Shown piece after piece: positions 9,988 to 17,240 of a DNA stretch of 32,000 bases; position 1 is the stretch's first letter, and each line of letters begins with the position of its first letter. The translations under genes and the position numbers were made by a program. Below the pieces are notes generated by a model. That model had not been told where the DNA came from, searched no databases, and was given only the letters and a program-made list of their open reading frames with translations. The DNA comes from Faecalibaculum rodentium (GTDB lineage: Bacteria > Bacillota_I > Bacilli_A > Erysipelotrichales > Erysipelotrichaceae), in contig NZ_CP011391.1 in assembly GCF_001564455.1 (NCBI RefSeq), positions 870,001 to 902,000 of the forward strand, written 5' to 3'.

Positions 9988-10875
9988 ATGGCTATCACCG
10001 CAAAACAGGTCAAGGAACTGCGCGAAAAAACAGGCGCAGGCATGATGGACTGCAAGAAAGCCCTGACAGAATGCGATGGCGACGAAGCGAAAGCTGTTGA
10101 CTGGCTGCGTGAAAAAGGCATTGCCAAGTCTGCCAAGAAAGCAGGCCGCATTGCTGCAGAAGGTCTGACAAAGGTTGCCATTGACGGCAACACCGCAGTC
10201 ATTGCAGAAGTGAACTCCGAGACCGACTTTGTCACTAAGAACGAACAGTTCCTGAACCTGGTTGACACGGTCGTGACCGCGATCCTGGCAGGTAAGCCGG
10301 AAACGGTGGAAGAAGTGCTTGCACTGGAAACTCCGGAAGGCACCATCGATGAACTGATCACAAACGCAACAGCCACCATTGGTGAAAAGATTTCCTTCCG
10401 CCGCTTCGTGGTCATTGAAAAGACAGACGATCAGCAGTTCGGCTCCTACATGCACATGGGCGGTTCCATTTCCGCTCTGGTTGTCATGACAGGCGCCACT
10501 CCGGAAGTGGCCAAGGATATGGCCATGCAGGTTGCTTCCATGAATCCGCAGTACATCACGCTGAAAGATGTGCCTGCTGATGTTGTGGAACACGAACGGG
10601 CTCTGCAGAAGCAGATGATGGCAGAAGACCCGAAAATGGCCGGCAAACCCGAAAAAGTGCTGGAAGGCATCCTGAACGGAAAGATTTCCAAGCACTTCAA
10701 GGATGTCTGCCTGATGGATCAGGAATACTTCAAGGACACCAAGGAAAAGGTTGCCCAGTTCCTGAAACAGAATCATGCAGAGGTTCTGCAGTTCGTCCGC
10801 TTCCAGGCCGGTGAAGGCATTGAGAAGAAGGAAGAGAACTTCGCAGACGAAGTCATGGCCCAGATCAACGGGTAA
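9988..10875 (+). CDS. tsf: Translation elongation factor Ts
   Basis: 295 aa. MAITAKQVKELREKTGAGMMDCKKAL UBA-like N-terminus. AGGAGG RBS. Follows rpsB. Confidence 0.95.
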   Translation: MAITAKQVKELREKTGAGMMDCKKALTECDGDEAKAVDWLREKGIAKSAKKAGRIAAEGLTKVAIDGNTAVIAEVNSETDFVTKNEQFLNLVDTVVTAILAGKPETVEEVLALETPEGTIDELITNATATIGEKISFRRFVVIEKTDDQQFGSYMHMGGSISALVVMTGATPEVAKDMAMQVASMNPQYITLKDVPADVVEHERALQKQMMAEDPKMAGKPEKVLEGILNGKISKHFKDVCLMDQEYFKDTKEKVAQFLKQNHAEVLQFVRFQAGEGIEKKEENFADEVMAQING

Positions 10876-10889
10876 TACTGACAGCATAT

Positions 10890-10930
10890 AAGGTGGTGCT
10901 TTCCCTTCGGGGACTGGCATCACCTTTTTT
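10890..10930 (+). terminator. Rho-independent terminator after tsf
   Basis: AAGGTGGTGC (10890-10899) pairs with GCATCACCTT (10917-10926). An inner CCC-ttcg-GGG is present, followed by a T-run to 10930. Confidence 0.8.
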
Positions 10931-11461
10931 GGTTCCTGCCCATGCGCAAACTGCAGACTATTTTAATGAAATGACAGCCGATCCGGGGTATCCAGGGGAG
11001 TCAGGATAGACGGTGACAGGAAGATTCACAACCGCTGCAGGCGACAGGCGTCTTCAACGGCATTGGCTGTTACCGACAATGCTGCAAAGAGACAGAGTGA
11101 GGATTGGATCACTCACCAGACTGACCGGTGACGTGCAGGCACCGGCAGCGGTTACGGCGGCAGGAGTGCTTCTCAGCCATCCGATAATGGCAACAGCAGG
11201 GGGACAGTCGGGAATAGCTTCCGGTCTGCAATCGGGAAAAGAGAACAGAGACCGCTTGTTCCTGGGAACCAGGGGCCACCGGATCATTCCACTTTCTGGA
11301 GGAAAAGCTGCCTGTCTGTATTGCGTTCACAGGCAGTCACGGTACGATGAAGAAGAGAATATGCAAAGCGGTCGGTGGCAGAAGCCGGACATGGAGCATA
11401 TGGCTGACCTGCTTTGACAGTGTAAAAAGCGCACTCAACGCGCCAGGGGGGGCAGAGAGTC

Positions 11462-12349
11462 ATGAATCAGACAACCATTCCCATCCCCCGGCTTGTGGTC
11501 ATGGATATGGATGGAACGCTGCTGAACAGCAGAAAAGAAATCACACCGGAAACAGCCGCGGCACTCCGGAGGCTTCAGGACCGGGGAACCCGGCTGGTTC
11601 TCGCCAGTGGAAGACCGGAGCGGGGTCTGACGCGGTTTGCCAGACAGCTGGACATGAAGCGTCACGGCGGGATTCTGATCAGCAGCAATGGGGCTCTGGC
11701 ACGGACCCTTGACGGCAGGACACTGTACAGCAACGCCCTGACACGGGAAGACACCAGGAAAGTCCTGAAACATCTGAAGCAGTTTGACGTGATTCCCATG
11801 ATTGCCGATGGTGAATCCATGCTTGTGGAAAACGTGTACAACTGCATGATCGAACTCGATGGCAGGCCCTGGAATGTGGTGGAGTACGAGGCGCACAGCA
11901 ATGGATTCCTGCTTCGTGAAGTCCGTGATCTGTCAGAAGCGGGACTGGCCCCGGAGAAGATCCTGACAGCCGGCACTCCGGCCTATCTTCGGCAGGTATC
12001 CGAAAAGATGCGGGCTCCTTTCTGCGATTCACTGGATTCCATGTTCACAGGTCCGTTTTATTATGAATTCACTGCTTCCGGCAGCAACAAAGGCACAGCG
12101 CTGAAAACGGTAATGGAAGCCTGCGGTGTGTCATCATCGCAGACAGCAGTATTCGGTGATGCGGAGAATGACCTGCCGATGTTTGCACATGCCGCTATCA
12201 CTGTCGCAATGGGCAACGCCACAGAACCGGTCAGAAACCAGGCACGGTATATCACGGCCTCCAACGATGAAGACGGCATTGTCAGAGCTGTCGAATCGTG
12301 GGAGAAAATCCGCGAACAACAGCCGGCTTCTGATAGTGGAAAAAGGTAA
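11462..12349 (+). CDS. Cof-type HAD-IIB family phosphatase
   Basis: 295 aa. HAD motif I VVMDMDGTLL, motif II LVLASGRP, and C-terminal FGDAENDLPMF...GNA. No specific substrate can be inferred. Confidence 0.85.
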   Translation: MNQTTIPIPRLVVMDMDGTLLNSRKEITPETAAALRRLQDRGTRLVLASGRPERGLTRFARQLDMKRHGGILISSNGALARTLDGRTLYSNALTREDTRKVLKHLKQFDVIPMIADGESMLVENVYNCMIELDGRPWNVVEYEAHSNGFLLREVRDLSEAGLAPEKILTAGTPAYLRQVSEKMRAPFCDSLDSMFTGPFYYEFTASGSNKGTALKTVMEACGVSSSQTAVFGDAENDLPMFAHAAITVAMGNATEPVRNQARYITASNDEDGIVRAVESWEKIREQQPASDSGKR

Positions 12350-12472
12350 TCGCTTACAAGTTTTGAGTAAAAACAGTCATCTGCACTGACAGGCAGGCTT
12401 CGCCCTGTGACAATGCGCATACAGGTGTATCCGTCAAGGAATTTGCCTAGATTTCACACATTATTCCACAAA

Positions 12473-12514
12473 AGCCAGCCAGGCCCTTTATCTAAAGGGC
12501 CTGGCTGGCTGTTT
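12473..12514 (+). terminator. Strong stem-loop terminator downstream of HAD gene
   Basis: Perfect 17-bp stem AGCCAGCCAGGCCCTTT / AAAGGGCCTGGCTGGCT with a 4-nt loop, followed by GTTT. An A-rich 5' flank means it could act in both directions. Confidence 0.75.
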
Positions 12515-12677
12515 CCGTCATGAATTACAGGAAAATTGCCGTTTCTTACTTTGTGAAAATTTGCCCTGTTTTTCTTTTTTTGTTATCTTGTCCTGGGTCA
12601 AATAAAAGAGACAACAATTACCGAAAAAGATAAAGAGAGTCAATGACATTTCGCAGAAACAGAACAGGAGAAACGCA

Positions 12678-13199
12678 ATGAAAAAAATCAAGACAATCAT
12701 CGCCAGAGCGGCTCTGGCCGCTTCCATGATCCTGCCTGTCATGCCCGCTTCCCCGGTCATGGCTGCAGAGAAAGAAAATACGAAAACACGGCTGATTGAA
12801 GTCGTTACAGATTCCATGAGCACTGCTCATGAAGAAGTGAAAACTGTACAGGCACAGATGCGGCAGAAAAAAGCGGAAGAAGCGAAAAACTTCGGACAGA
12901 AAATCGCCGATGCTGCCATTGCCCAGATCGGCGTTGGTCAGGACTGCACCATGCTCGTGACAAATTCCCTGAAAGCCGTCGGGATCAGCTTCCACGGGGC
13001 ACCCGCCGCATATGCATCCCTGGGTGACTGGACCTCCGATCCCCAGCCCGGAGATGTGATCGTCTATTCCGGCCATGTGGCTGTATACATCGGGAATGGC
13101 AGAGCCATTCACGGCGGATGGAACGGCGGGACAACCGCTGAATGGAGTGTGGAATGCTCCAATCCGCTGGTCGGATATATTCGCGTACGTCGTCCGTAA
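12678..13199 (+). CDS. Secreted NlpC/P60-family cell-wall peptidase
   Basis: 173 aa. Sec signal peptide ending VMA|AE. Catalytic Cys context GQDCTMLV and His context YSGHVAVYIGNGRAIHGG. AGGAG RBS. Confidence 0.8.
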   Translation: MKKIKTIIARAALAASMILPVMPASPVMAAEKENTKTRLIEVVTDSMSTAHEEVKTVQAQMRQKKAEEAKNFGQKIADAAIAQIGVGQDCTMLVTNSLKAVGISFHGAPAAYASLGDWTSDPQPGDVIVYSGHVAVYIGNGRAIHGGWNGGTTAEWSVECSNPLVGYIRVRRP

Positions 13200-13225
13200 A
13201 GGCCTCTGATGCACGTTGAACCATA

Positions 13226-13252
13226 AACGCAGGAGTGATCCCGCGTTTTTTT
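13226..13252 (+). terminator. Rho-independent terminator after NlpC/P60 gene
   Basis: AACGCAGG / CCCGCGTT stem with one mismatch, followed by T7. The T-tract is the apparent IS insertion point. Confidence 0.6.
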
Positions 13253-13254
13253 CG
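13247..13254. repeat. Putative 8-bp target-site duplication, left copy (TTTTTTCG)
   Basis: Identical TTTTTTCG occurs at 15838-15845, immediately outside the proposed IS ends. 8 bp is the usual ISL3-family duplication length. It is T-rich, so chance is not excluded. Confidence 0.45.
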
Positions 13255-13276
13255 GGCACTCCAAAATTGGATAGGG
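13255..13276. repeat. IS left terminal inverted repeat
   Basis: GGCACTCCAAAATTGGATAGGG; the reverse complement of the right end is GAATACGCAAAATTGGACAGGG. The outermost 7 nt are poorly conserved apart from the first G. Confidence 0.55.
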
Positions 13277-13393
13277 AGGAAGACTAACCCCATCCAAAGA
13301 TACCTTAGGGTTTCCGTTACCCTACAGAGCTTTGGAGTTTGAACATCACAGTAAGCACTCAGGGGCTGTCCACTTTGTGGGCAGCCCCTGATT

Positions 13394-14902
13394 CTACTTG
13401 TTTTTCTTCTTTTTCACAGCCTTACTGCCGAACCTGGGCTCCAGAGAATATGTCGCTTTTGGATCGAGCACATACATTACACGATTCCTGAACCTGACCC
13501 AGTTGGTAAAGCCATAGGAATTGTGTTTCATGCACTTGATCATTTTGTTGCGGTTCTCAATGATCCCGTTGTGGAGCCTTACGCTTTTGATCGTATATTC
13601 GCTCCTCCTGTTGACCATGTATTCAACAGTCACTGTGTTGAAGGAATTGAAGATCTCATCTCTCCATTCCTTCATCGTTCTGGAGAATCCGTTCATCTCT
13701 TTGATGGAACTGTTCCTGAACGCTACATAAGTTTCGTTGAACAGCTGTTCTCCTGCTTTATCATATGTTCCCGACTCATACATGTGAGTCAAAACCCTTT
13801 TCAAACGCACTGCTTCTTCCAGTTCAGGGTCGATACCCAGAAGAATCTCCCGCAGCTGCAGGAGCGTCATATATTTTTGAAAATGTCGGTTGTATTGTCC
13901 TTCTCTCCCTGGGTCAAAGATATCCAGATCCTCATCTTTTGAGAGGAGCCAGTGGAAATGCTTCAGTACATAATACTGGTCAGAGGTTTTCTGCCAGTCA
14001 GCGGATATCCTCTGCCAGCACGGATCGTCCCGGTATCTTTCCCTTGGGAAGTCGCTTTCCACGGCCTTCATTTCTTCCTTCAGCCTTTCCCGCCTGGCTC
14101 TGGTTCTGTTCATGACCCGGATCCTGACTTTTGTCAGCCTGCGGGTGAATTCCTGCATCACATGGAACCTGTCCACCACGCCAATGGCGTTGGGGAAGCA
14201 GGCTTTCACCATTTTCCTGTAAGCCGGGTACATATCGAAACAGACCGCTTTGACTCCGAGTCTTTCCTCCTCGGGGATCAGACTCATATATTCAAGCAGT
14301 GAAGGGAGCCAGCGGTTTGGAAGCAGATCCACAGGTGTCTGCTTTTCGAAATCAAGGAGCAGACATACATACTTGCTTCCCTGGGTCTTCATCGCATAGA
14401 CCTCGTCTATGCACAGGAGTGACGGTAGCTTCTTCCTGGGGATCTCCACATGGGCGTCGAAGATATTGGACACCGTGGTGGCTGAAACGCAGTATTTGCG
14501 GCCTACCGAAGCGAAGGTCTGGTTGTAGTCCTTGAGATCCTTCAATATGTCGAATACGACTTTATCCGCGATCTTCCCCTTTTTCTGAACGAAAGGAGAA
14601 GGCTCATAGTAGGTGCGGTGGCAGGCTGGGCATTTGAACCGTCTGGCATGATAAAGCAGGATACAGTCCCTGCCAGTTCCATCCGCATATTTGATCTTCT
14701 TTGGGATATATTCCTTCACTCTGGGATGCGGGCAGCCGCAGTCAGGGCATGGATCGTGATCATTGGTGAGAATGACACGCAGTACAGGACGTTTGTCGGA
14801 CTGTCTGGTATAACTGATGTCCTCGATCTCCCCTGGTTCCAGCCCGAAAAAGTCCACCATGAATTCTTTTTCTGCATTCAACACGGTATTCCTCCTGTTC
14901 AC
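13394..14902 (-). CDS. ISL3-family DDE transposase
   Basis: 502 aa. N-terminal zinc-finger pairs CPDCG...CPACH. Catalytic-core blocks LCIDEVYAMK, CFDMYPAY, VVDRFHVMQ and the C-terminal HNGIIENRNKMIKCMKHNSYGFTNWVRFRNRV typical of DDE_Tnp_ISL3. Confidence 0.9.
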   Translation of the reverse strand: MNRRNTVLNAEKEFMVDFFGLEPGEIEDISYTRQSDKRPVLRVILTNDHDPCPDCGCPHPRVKEYIPKKIKYADGTGRDCILLYHARRFKCPACHRTYYEPSPFVQKKGKIADKVVFDILKDLKDYNQTFASVGRKYCVSATTVSNIFDAHVEIPRKKLPSLLCIDEVYAMKTQGSKYVCLLLDFEKQTPVDLLPNRWLPSLLEYMSLIPEEERLGVKAVCFDMYPAYRKMVKACFPNAIGVVDRFHVMQEFTRRLTKVRIRVMNRTRARRERLKEEMKAVESDFPRERYRDDPCWQRISADWQKTSDQYYVLKHFHWLLSKDEDLDIFDPGREGQYNRHFQKYMTLLQLREILLGIDPELEEAVRLKRVLTHMYESGTYDKAGEQLFNETYVAFRNSSIKEMNGFSRTMKEWRDEIFNSFNTVTVEYMVNRRSEYTIKSVRLHNGIIENRNKMIKCMKHNSYGFTNWVRFRNRVMYVLDPKATYSLEPRFGSKAVKKKKNK

Positions 14903-15531
14903 GATGTCATCATCGCAGAGGATACGGGGTGAGTCATAAAAGCTGTGTGGAATGGTGGAAAACTTTGTGCGATCTCATATCTAGACATTTGGAAAAGTTG
15001 TTTATTCCTGTCTTTCCAGGCTAAAAGACACAATTCCTCCAGCGTGGCGTCTAAGAATAGTGAAAGGAAATCAGACCAGTATTGGGCGATGTGTTTGGAG
15101 ATATAGCGGATCACGACAGGAGGCAAAGCGTAACGGGCAAGTTCGCACTCTGCCTGACGGAGAGTGCGATCAGGGCCTTTGAACAGGCCGGCCATGACCG
15201 CTATCAGGAATTGTGCCAGCAGCGGAACGCGGGAGAAGGGAACAAGTTCAGCGGGGATGAGGGCATGAGTTTTACCGCATATGGAACATTTTGCACGCTG
15301 GATCAGCACCTCGTCACGAACGCCGTTTACGGGACTTTCGAAACTGCGGAGATAGGAACCATGACGGTACAGCTTACCATCATGGCAATCAGGGCATTTC
15401 CTGGTACCAGCGAAGAACCTGTTACAAGTTTTTTGATATCCATTCTGGAAAGATGAATTGATTTCAGGGTGATTTCCCGGTACCATAATCATGTCATTAG
15501 ACAGGGAGCGGCAGAACTTGACGGCAATCAA
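14899..15531 (-). CDS. IS-associated Cys-rich zinc-ribbon protein (resembles DUF6431-type proteins)
   Basis: 210-codon ORF with a TTG start 10 nt after AAGGAG; in-frame ATGs lie 13-15 codons in. CPDCHDGKLYRHGSY...CSICGKTHALIP pattern. Its stop overlaps the transposase ATG (ATGA at 14899-14902). The family assignment is from memory, not a search. Confidence 0.6.
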   Translation of the reverse strand: MIAVKFCRSLSNDMIMVPGNHPEINSSFQNGYQKTCNRFFAGTRKCPDCHDGKLYRHGSYLRSFESPVNGVRDEVLIQRAKCSICGKTHALIPAELVPFSRVPLLAQFLIAVMAGLFKGPDRTLRQAECELARYALPPVVIRYISKHIAQYWSDFLSLFLDATLEELCLLAWKDRNKQLFQMSRYEIAQSFPPFHTAFMTHPVSSAMMTS

Positions 15532-15725
15532 TTGGGCTCTGCTCCTTTTTTTGTTTCATCACAAAGTTCCTGATATCACTGTTTCAGTGACTGGAAGGGG
15601 GTACTGACTCCCTCCTTAAGCGGAGAACTGCCAAAGTATCTTCATTCAGCCACTTTCACCAATGAAACACAGGGAAATCTTCGTTATTCTCTCCCTATAA
15701 CTCCTTAATTCAACTATAACAAAAC

Positions 15726-15766
15726 AAGGCAGCTTTAGAACCTCCATGAAGGTTCGGAGCTGCCTT
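15726..15766. terminator. Long stem-loop inside IS right arm (possible read-through insulator)
   Basis: AAGGCAGCT / AGCTGCCTT outer stem with an inner GAACCT / AGGTTC stem. T-rich tracts follow on both strands (TTTTAT on +, GTTTTGTT on -). Confidence 0.35.
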
Positions 15767-15815
15767 TTATGACTTTGGTGATCGACCCTAAGGTCGCTTT
15801 ATTGAAGGGGGTGGA

Positions 15816-15837
15816 CCCTGTCCAATTTTGCGTATTC
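15816..15837. repeat. IS right terminal inverted repeat
   Basis: CCCTGTCCAATTTTGCGTATTC, the reverse-complement partner of 13255-13276. Confidence 0.55.
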
Positions 15838-15845
15838 TTTTTTCG
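15838..15845. repeat. Putative 8-bp target-site duplication, right copy (TTTTTTCG)
   Basis: Identical to 13247-13254. Confidence 0.45.
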
Positions 15846-15928
15846 TAGACTGAAACCGGACTGAAACCAGCATGACCGCTGCATCGGCTGCTGTATCAGG
15901 ACAGCGTCTGAAATGATAAAATGCTGAT

Positions 15929-16684
15929 ATGCAAAAGCGAAAAGAACAGCGGCTGACGGATCTGCGGAAGATCCTGGAGGAACAGGGAAGAGTTCGGACA
16001 CGGGATCTTGCGCAGATGCTGGACGTCACGCCGGAAACACTGCGGAGCGACCTGGATCTGCTGGAAAGTCAGGGTCTGATCGAGCGGGAACATGGAGCTG
16101 CCCGCCTGCGGGTACTGGATAAAGAGACACCGCTGGAATGGCGGCAGGCAGAGAACCGCCAGGAAAAGATGCAGGTCACCATTCGCGCCCTGCAGGAGGT
16201 GAAGGACGGAGATATTGTCTTCATAGATGCAGGATCAACGATTCTCACAGCCCTGAATCATCTGTCCAGCCGCCGGGACCTGACCATTGTGGTGAATTCC
16301 CTGCCAGCGGCCCAGTCCTGCCTCGACATGGGGTTCCACTGTCTGTTCATTGGCGGACAAATGCGCAGAAGCGGGGGCCATACCTATGGCTACTTTGCGG
16401 AACAGATGGTCGACAACATCACCATAGATATAGCCATTCTGGGAACCACAGGCATCGAAGGCGTGGATGGATTCTCTGTATATCGGGCGGAGGAAGTGGG
16501 GATCAGGCGTCACATTATCCGCCAGACTCGGCGCCTGGTCATTGTCATGGGGCGTCACAAACTGAACCAGCCGGGATATTACCGGTATGCGTCGTTCCGG
16601 GAAGCGGATCTTCTGGTCACGAATCACCTCACACCGGAGCAGAAGAAGCGGTTTTCAGGCGTCAGACAGATCGTGGAGGTCTGA
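15929..16684 (+). CDS. DeoR-family transcriptional regulator
   Basis: 251 aa. N-terminal winged HTH (RLTDLRKILEEQGRVRTRDLAQMLDVTPETLRSDLDLLESQGLIEREHG) and a C-terminal DeoR sugar-phosphate-sensor-like domain (IFIDAGSTILTAL...VNSL...GGxxR). No SD is visible. Confidence 0.85.
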   Translation: MQKRKEQRLTDLRKILEEQGRVRTRDLAQMLDVTPETLRSDLDLLESQGLIEREHGAARLRVLDKETPLEWRQAENRQEKMQVTIRALQEVKDGDIVFIDAGSTILTALNHLSSRRDLTIVVNSLPAAQSCLDMGFHCLFIGGQMRRSGGHTYGYFAEQMVDNITIDIAILGTTGIEGVDGFSVYRAEEVGIRRHIIRQTRRLVIVMGRHKLNQPGYYRYASFREADLLVTNHLTPEQKKRFSGVRQIVEV

Positions 16685-16779
16685 AGATGCGGTTCTTCGG
16701 GCTGGTGGAACAAAATCCGGAAACCGGTCCAGTCCAAAGCAGGAAACAGGCATCGACCATGAAAATTTTCAGAAAACTG

Positions 16780-16808
16780 TTGAAATGAAAATACGGCCGG
16801 GCTATAAT
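16780..16808 (+). promoter_or_regulatory. Sigma-A-type promoter of the arg T-box leader
   Basis: TTGAAA (16780-16785), 17-nt spacer, TATAAT (16803-16808). Confidence 0.6.
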
Positions 16809-16814
16809 CGTGAC

Positions 16815-17040
16815 TATCAAATCGATGAACGGAAGTAGTACCTGACTGCGATCGCCAAGAGAGCTGCCGGCTGGTGCAAGGCAGTGCGAAGGCACCAGGG
16901 AACGTGTCCGGGAGAGGAACCGCGAAGGATGCCGAGCGGCTCACGCACCCCGCGTTACAGGGAAGGGCTCCTGGCAGGTACAGGAGAAGCAAGGTGGTAC
17001 CGCGATTCATGTCGTCCTTTTCCGGGGCGGCTTTTTTTCA
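16815..17040 (+). promoter_or_regulatory. T-box riboswitch leader, Arg specifier (CGU)
   Basis: Stem I motifs: GATGA (16824-16828), AGTA (16834-16837), AGAGAG (16858-16863), distal-loop GGTGCAA (16873-16879). Specifier context GAA-CGT-G with the codon at 16903-16905. F-box-like GCGTTA (16952-16957). T-box core AAGGTGGTACCGCG (16991-17004), then a terminator. Confidence 0.85.
17011..17038 (+). terminator. Intrinsic terminator of the T-box leader
   Basis: GTCGTCC / GGGCGGC stem (two G-U pairs) followed by T7 (17032-17038). It lies immediately 3' of the T-box core, as expected for terminator/antiterminator competition. Confidence 0.7.
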
Positions 17041-17240
17041 TGAAAGGGGGGATGTCTGTGAGTGACGGCCGACGACGATACCGGATATCCACGGAAGCAA
17101 TCCCCGTTCATGGATGACTGGATCCTGCGATCCACGGACTTCAATGCCGTTCATGAACCAACCGCCGGTCAGACCGGCAGGAACCGATATAACAGAATGA
17201 AAACCGGCGAAACGGGCCGGACAAACGGGAGGAATCGACT

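Larger units (their letters stand above)
13255..15837 (-). mobile_element. ISL3-family insertion sequence (about 2.58 kb, two ORFs)
   Basis: Terminal inverted repeats share the core CAAAATTGGA[T/C]AGGG (14/15 identical). Flanked by TTTTTTCG on both sides. Contains an ISL3 transposase and a coupled upstream ORF. Visibly lower GC than the flanks. If only the IR core counts, the minimal boundaries are 13262-15830. Confidence 0.8.

Noticed and set aside
10947-10959. The identical 13-mer CAAACTGCAGACT occurs just after two terminators (10947-10959 after tsf, 31386-31398 after cdsA). Related CTGCAGTCCG 10-mers occur at 23071-23080 and 26821-26830.
   Set aside because: With about 1e9 position pairs (both strands) in 32 kb and 4^13 of about 6.7e7, several 13-mer coincidences are expected by chance. 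CTGCAG (Leu-Gln codons CTG CAG) is also very common in this genome. I do not treat it as a repeat family without genome-wide counts.
11013-11417. 134-codon ORF inside the tsf-HAD gap.
   Set aside because: It has a GTG start without an SD, and its codon usage is unlike neighbouring genes (AGA, AGG, CAA, ATA, TTA). The product looks non-globular, and I recognise no family in it.
11425-11445. Minus-strand terminator-like hairpin (GCGCG-ttgag-TGCGC followed by TTTTT on the - strand) just upstream of the HAD gene.
   Set aside because: The stem is only 5 bp, and no minus-strand gene or transcript lies to its right that it could terminate.
10931-11461. Tried to assign the gap to a known RNA family: RNase P, tmRNA, SRP RNA, 6S, and cobalamin, TPP, FMN, SAM, c-di-GMP, yybP-ykoY, ykkC or ZTP riboswitches.
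   Set aside because: Hallmark motifs are absent on both strands or occur at incompatible spacing. These include GAGGAAAGTCC, the tmRNA 3' tRNA-like end, the GCCACTG B12 box, and CTGAGA followed by ACCC...GAACCTGA. Partial resemblances (GGAGTGC...GATAATGGCA, ATGCAAAGCGG, GGGGAGT...GCTTTGACA) do not assemble into any consensus architecture.
12518-12823. 101-codon minus-strand ORF with hydrophobic stretches overlapping the NlpC/P60 start region.
   Set aside because: It is antisense to the signal-peptide region of a well-supported gene and runs into an AT-rich promoter region. It has no RBS, and the hydrophobicity mirrors the signal peptide on the opposite strand.
16760-16771. Reading TGAAAATTTTCA as an ArgR/AhrC ARG box.
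   Set aside because: The ARG-box core TGAAT-WWWW-ATTCA has 6 nt between TGAA and TTCA, whereas this palindrome has 4. It is also a single site, whereas ARG boxes usually come in pairs.
16138-16788. 216-codon alternative-frame ORF inside the DeoR gene, and 266-codon alternative-frame ORF 30477-31277 inside cdsA.
   Set aside because: They are same-strand out-of-frame ORFs with P/G/R/H-rich nonsense-like products. The annotated frames carry clear family motifs.
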